A stretch of DNA of 64,000 nucleotides from the NCBI GenBank assembly GCA_902546725.1, contig CACCLB010000007.1, positions 35,208 through 99,207 of the forward strand, read 5' to 3'. Position numbers and translations under genes: made by a program. Shown piece by piece: positions 60,881 to 64,000 of this stretch. A model generated the notes under the pieces. The model was not told where the DNA came from. It was given only the letters and a program-made list of their open reading frames with translations, and did no database searches. The DNA is from an uncultured Bacteroidota bacterium. GTDB lineage: Bacteria; Bacteroidota; Bacteroidia; Flavobacteriales; Flavobacteriaceae. Within the stretch, counting starts at the first letter, position 1; each line of letters opens with the position of its first letter.

Positions 60881-62278
60881 TTAATAATTAAAATAGGACT
60901 TTGCATTTTGATAGCAAATGTCTTGAACGATGCCTCCAATTAATTTAATGTCGTTAGGAAGTAAACTGTTTTTTATATCGTTTCCGAAAAGATTACAAAC
61001 CAAACGTCTAAAGTATTCATGTCGGGGAAAAGATAAAAAGCTTCTCGAATCAGTAAGCATTCCAATAAAACAACTGATCATCCCCATATTAGAGAGAATG
61101 TTAATTTGGTCAGTCATCCCATCGAGTTGATCTAAAAACCACCAGCCTGATCCCCATTGAATTTTTCCTTTACTACTACCGTCATTAAAATTACCAATCA
61201 TGGTAGCCATAATTTCATTGTCGGAAGGGTTGAGGTTGTAGAGTATTGTTTTTGTTAGTTGATCTGTACTGTCTAAGGCGTCTAAATAACGTGAAAGTCC
61301 ATGAGCGATAGGATAGCTTCCAATGGAATCCCAGCCCGTATCTGGTCCCAAGCTGTTAAACATGCGGGTATTGTTGTTACGCATGGCGCCTAAATGAAAT
61401 TGTTGAACCCAGCCCAAGCGATGATATGCTTTACCTAAGAACACTAATAAAGCGGTTTGAAACTGCTGCTCCTCTTTTTTACTGACAGTTCCGCCAAACC
61501 TTTTACTTTTGAAAATACGTTCAATTTCTTGATGGCTGCTTACTTCATATGGGATGTATTCCAATCCATGGTCGGATAATCTACAGCCATTGGCGTGGAA
61601 AAAGTCCATTCTATTCTGAAGTGCACTGCACAAATCTGAATAACTTACAATGTCAATATCCGCAGCCTGACTGAGTTGATCCAAATACAGGTTATAATGG
61701 TCTCCCCCAATAAAAAGTGATTTATCTGGTCTAAAAGCCGTACTCATTTTAACATTAAAATCCGTCTTTTGCAGACTGATATGATGTTCTAAAGTATCAA
61801 TGGGATCTTCAGTGGTACAAACGACTTCTACATTCATTTTATTTAATAGTGCCTGAGTAGAGAACTCCTTAGTTTGTAATAAAGCTGATGTTTTTTCGTA
61901 AACGTTAACGGCATTTTTTTCAGAAAGCAATTCGTCTATACCAAAATAGCGACTCAATTCCAGATGGGTCCAGTGATATAATGGGTTGCGAATCATAGAG
62001 GGTGTAGATTCTGCAAATTTGATAAACTTTTCTTTGTCTGTAGCGTTCCCAGTGATGTATTCTTCCCCAACCCCCAAAGCTCGCATCGCACGCCATTTGT
62101 AATGATCTCCAGCAAGCCAGATCTGACTAATATTTTCAAAAATAAAATTATCTGCGATTAATTTAGGGGATAAGTGGTTGTGGTAGTCTATAATAGGAAG
62201 CGACTGTGTATAGTCGTGATAAAGTTCTTTGGACGCTTTGCTGTCCAATAAAAAATTCTGATTTATAAAGTGACTCAT
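60881..62278 (-). CDS. uxaC: glucuronate isomerase
   Basis: LPIIDYHNHL...DHYKWRAMR... is the canonical UxaC sequence. Confidence 0.95.
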   Translation of the reverse strand: MSHFINQNFLLDSKASKELYHDYTQSLPIIDYHNHLSPKLIADNFIFENISQIWLAGDHYKWRAMRALGVGEEYITGNATDKEKFIKFAESTPSMIRNPLYHWTHLELSRYFGIDELLSEKNAVNVYEKTSALLQTKEFSTQALLNKMNVEVVCTTEDPIDTLEHHISLQKTDFNVKMSTAFRPDKSLFIGGDHYNLYLDQLSQAADIDIVSYSDLCSALQNRMDFFHANGCRLSDHGLEYIPYEVSSHQEIERIFKSKRFGGTVSKKEEQQFQTALLVFLGKAYHRLGWVQQFHLGAMRNNNTRMFNSLGPDTGWDSIGSYPIAHGLSRYLDALDSTDQLTKTILYNLNPSDNEIMATMIGNFNDGSSKGKIQWGSGWWFLDQLDGMTDQINILSNMGMISCFIGMLTDSRSFLSFPRHEYFRRLVCNLFGNDIKNSLLPNDIKLIGGIVQDICYQNAKSYFNY

Positions 62279-62358
62279 TCTTTTACAAAGTGTTTAAGTG
62301 GGGTAAAATACAGTTAATTCGTTCCACATCCAATTTAGAAACCTAAGATTTATAGGGA

Positions 62359-62377
62359 ATTTAACACTATGTTAAAT
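62359..62377. promoter_or_regulatory. candidate operator: 8-3-8 palindrome ATTTAACA-cta-TGTTAAAT, nested inside a 10 bp inverted repeat (62339-62348 / 62381-62390)
   Basis: Read directly in the divergent uxaC / susC-like intergenic region, where no terminator is expected. Confidence 0.35.
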
Positions 62378-62438
62378 ATTTCTTAGGTTTTTATTAGAAT
62401 ATAAAAATTATATTAACTATAATTATTTTATTATTATA

Positions 62439-62452
62439 CGTTAACGTTAACG
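62439..62452. promoter_or_regulatory. candidate LacI-type operator: perfect 14 bp palindrome CGTTAACGTTAACG
   Basis: Perfect dyad with a central AACGTT core, 35 nt upstream of the susC-like ATG. Confidence 0.4.
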
Positions 62453-62486
62453 AATGTAAATAAAATAACTTAAAACAAACGCAAAC

Positions 62487-64000
62487 ATGAGAAATTTATT
62501 AAAAGTTACCCTCGCATTCTGTTTAGCACTTAGTAGTACTATAGTGCTTGCACAGAGTAATGTAAGTGGTAATGTAGTTGACTCTGAGACAGGCACTCCT
62601 TTACCAGGGGTAAATGTTGTGATTCAGGGAACTTCTACAGGTGTCTCAACTGATTTTGATGGAAATTATCAAATATCAGTTTCCCAGGGAGCTGTTTTGG
62701 AGTTTTCATTTATCGGATTTGAAAACCAAGCCATTACAGTTAATGGAGATCAAATCAATGTTTCTATGGTACCATCAGCTGATGCGCTAGATGAAATTGT
62801 AGTTACAGGGTATGGTACTCAAACCCGAAGAGAAGTTACTGGATCCATTGTTAGTATTGGCAGTGAGAGCATCGAGAAAATTGCCACCATAGTGGTGTTG
62901 ATGCAATCAAAGGTCAAGTTGCTGGTGTTGACATCACCTCATCTGGAGGACGTCCTGGTCAAAATCCAGTAGTTCGTGTTCGAGGTCGTCGTTCGATTTG
63001 AGCTTCCAATGATCCACTTTATGTAATTGATGGAATACCTCAAACAAGTAGTACGGGTGATGGAGCAATCTTTGACATCAATCCACAAGATATAGAGTCT
63101 ATGGAAATTCTTAAAGATGTTGCAGCAACAGCAATCTACGGCTCTAGAGGAGCAAATGGGGTGATCTTAATCACAACCAAAAGAGGTAGAAGTGGTGCTA
63201 CTAAAATTAACTATTCAGGTTATTATGGGATAACATCGGTGACCAATGTTCCTGACATGATGAATGGAGAAGAATACGCCGCTGGACGAAGAGAAGCATT
63301 TCGTCAAGATGCAAACAGTAGATTCTCTTATGACGGAACAATTCCAAACGATGAAGCAGTCTTTTTAGGTGATGCGGCTCAATTGGAATCAATCAGATTA
63401 GGCAAATCCTTTGACTACTTAGATGCTGTTTTAAATCAAGGTTTTCAGAATAGTCATCAACTTTCAGCAAATGGAGGTTCTGAAAACACTCAATACAATG
63501 TATCCTTGGGATACTTTAAAGAAGACGGTATTATTGATTTAATGGATTTTGAGAGAATTACTGGTCGATTGAACTTAGACCATAGAATTAATGACACTTT
63601 TAAGTTTGGTATATCCATGCTTTTAAGTAATTCTGTCAACAATTGGGGATCTTCAGCAGTTATGAGTGAATCCCTTTCAAATATTCCAATTGGGAAGCCC
63701 TATGCGGATGATGGAACATTAAACTTTTTTGCTTTTAATGACGGGATTCGAACTAATCCTTTAAGTGAATTGGTACCAGGAGCTTATGTAGATGAACGAA
63801 TTTCTACACGTTTTTTCGCCCCTGTGTATTTACAAATTAATTTGACTGACGGACTTCAATTTACCTCTACTTTTGGACCTGATATGCGCTTTAGAAGACG
63901 AGGGTAATTCCGTGATCGTTTTACTAACGATAATCGTGGTGGGCCAGCAGATGCTGAGGTTGAAAATAAAAAGGAATTTGGATTCACCTTAGAAAACCTT
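62487..64000 (+). pseudogene. SusC/RagA-family TonB-linked outer membrane transporter, disrupted (continues beyond the window)
   Basis: It has a signal peptide, a CarbopepD_reg-like domain and a plug (DEIVVTGYGTQ, DPLYVIDGIP, ILKDVAATAIYGSRGANGVILITTKRG). The reading frame shifts near 62885-62891. In-frame TGA at 62999-63001 and in-frame TAA at 63905-63907 are each followed by a SusC-like sequence in the same frame. Confidence 0.75.

Noticed and set aside
62999-63001. The in-frame TGA in the SusC-like gene could be selenocysteine or a reassigned stop codon.
   Set aside because: TGA, TAA and TAG all terminate well-conserved genes elsewhere in the window. The same gene also carries a frameshift and an in-frame TAA, and no SECIS-like hairpin follows the TGA. 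Pseudogenisation or sequencing error is the simpler explanation.

Overview
This window is a chromosomal segment from a Bacteroidota, Flavobacteriia-like genome. It is AT-rich, has SusC and T9SS-era gene families, and shows bamD-rpoZ-coaBC-DUF4835-recN synteny. Most of it is densely packed housekeeping DNA: fumC (partial), rplT-rpmI-infC-thrS, murQ, icd, rplS-trmD, htrA, dapF, mltG, dnaA, ribD, prmC, ligA, dapA, bamD, coaBC, recN, fabI, coaE, xerD and aroQ. I saw no rRNA, tRNA, CRISPR array, transposase or obvious defence genes. Three regions stand out. (1) 8.4-12.2 kb is a more AT-rich insert between a SIMPL-family gene and murQ. Its gene modules are bracketed by attC-like imperfect palindromes whose outer core boxes are perfectly complementary across each module rather than within each element. 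That is the signature expected of integron-type gene cassettes, but no integrase is present in the window (CALIN-like). One module carries a Cys-rich ECF-type sigma factor with no anti-sigma partner. (2) 46.5-62.3 kb is a 14-gene, 15.8 kb co-directional array with every junction at 12 nt or less. It fuses the classical hexuronate pathway (uxaC-kdgK-eda-TRAP-uxaB-uxaA) to an uncharacterised exported oxidoreductase / PmoA-like (DUF6807) module plus an esterase and an aldo-keto reductase. (3) The divergent SusC-type transporter at 62.5 kb carries a frameshift and two in-frame stops. It is preceded by perfect palindromes that look like operator sites. All functional calls come from reading the translated ORFs and motifs by eye; no database search was run.
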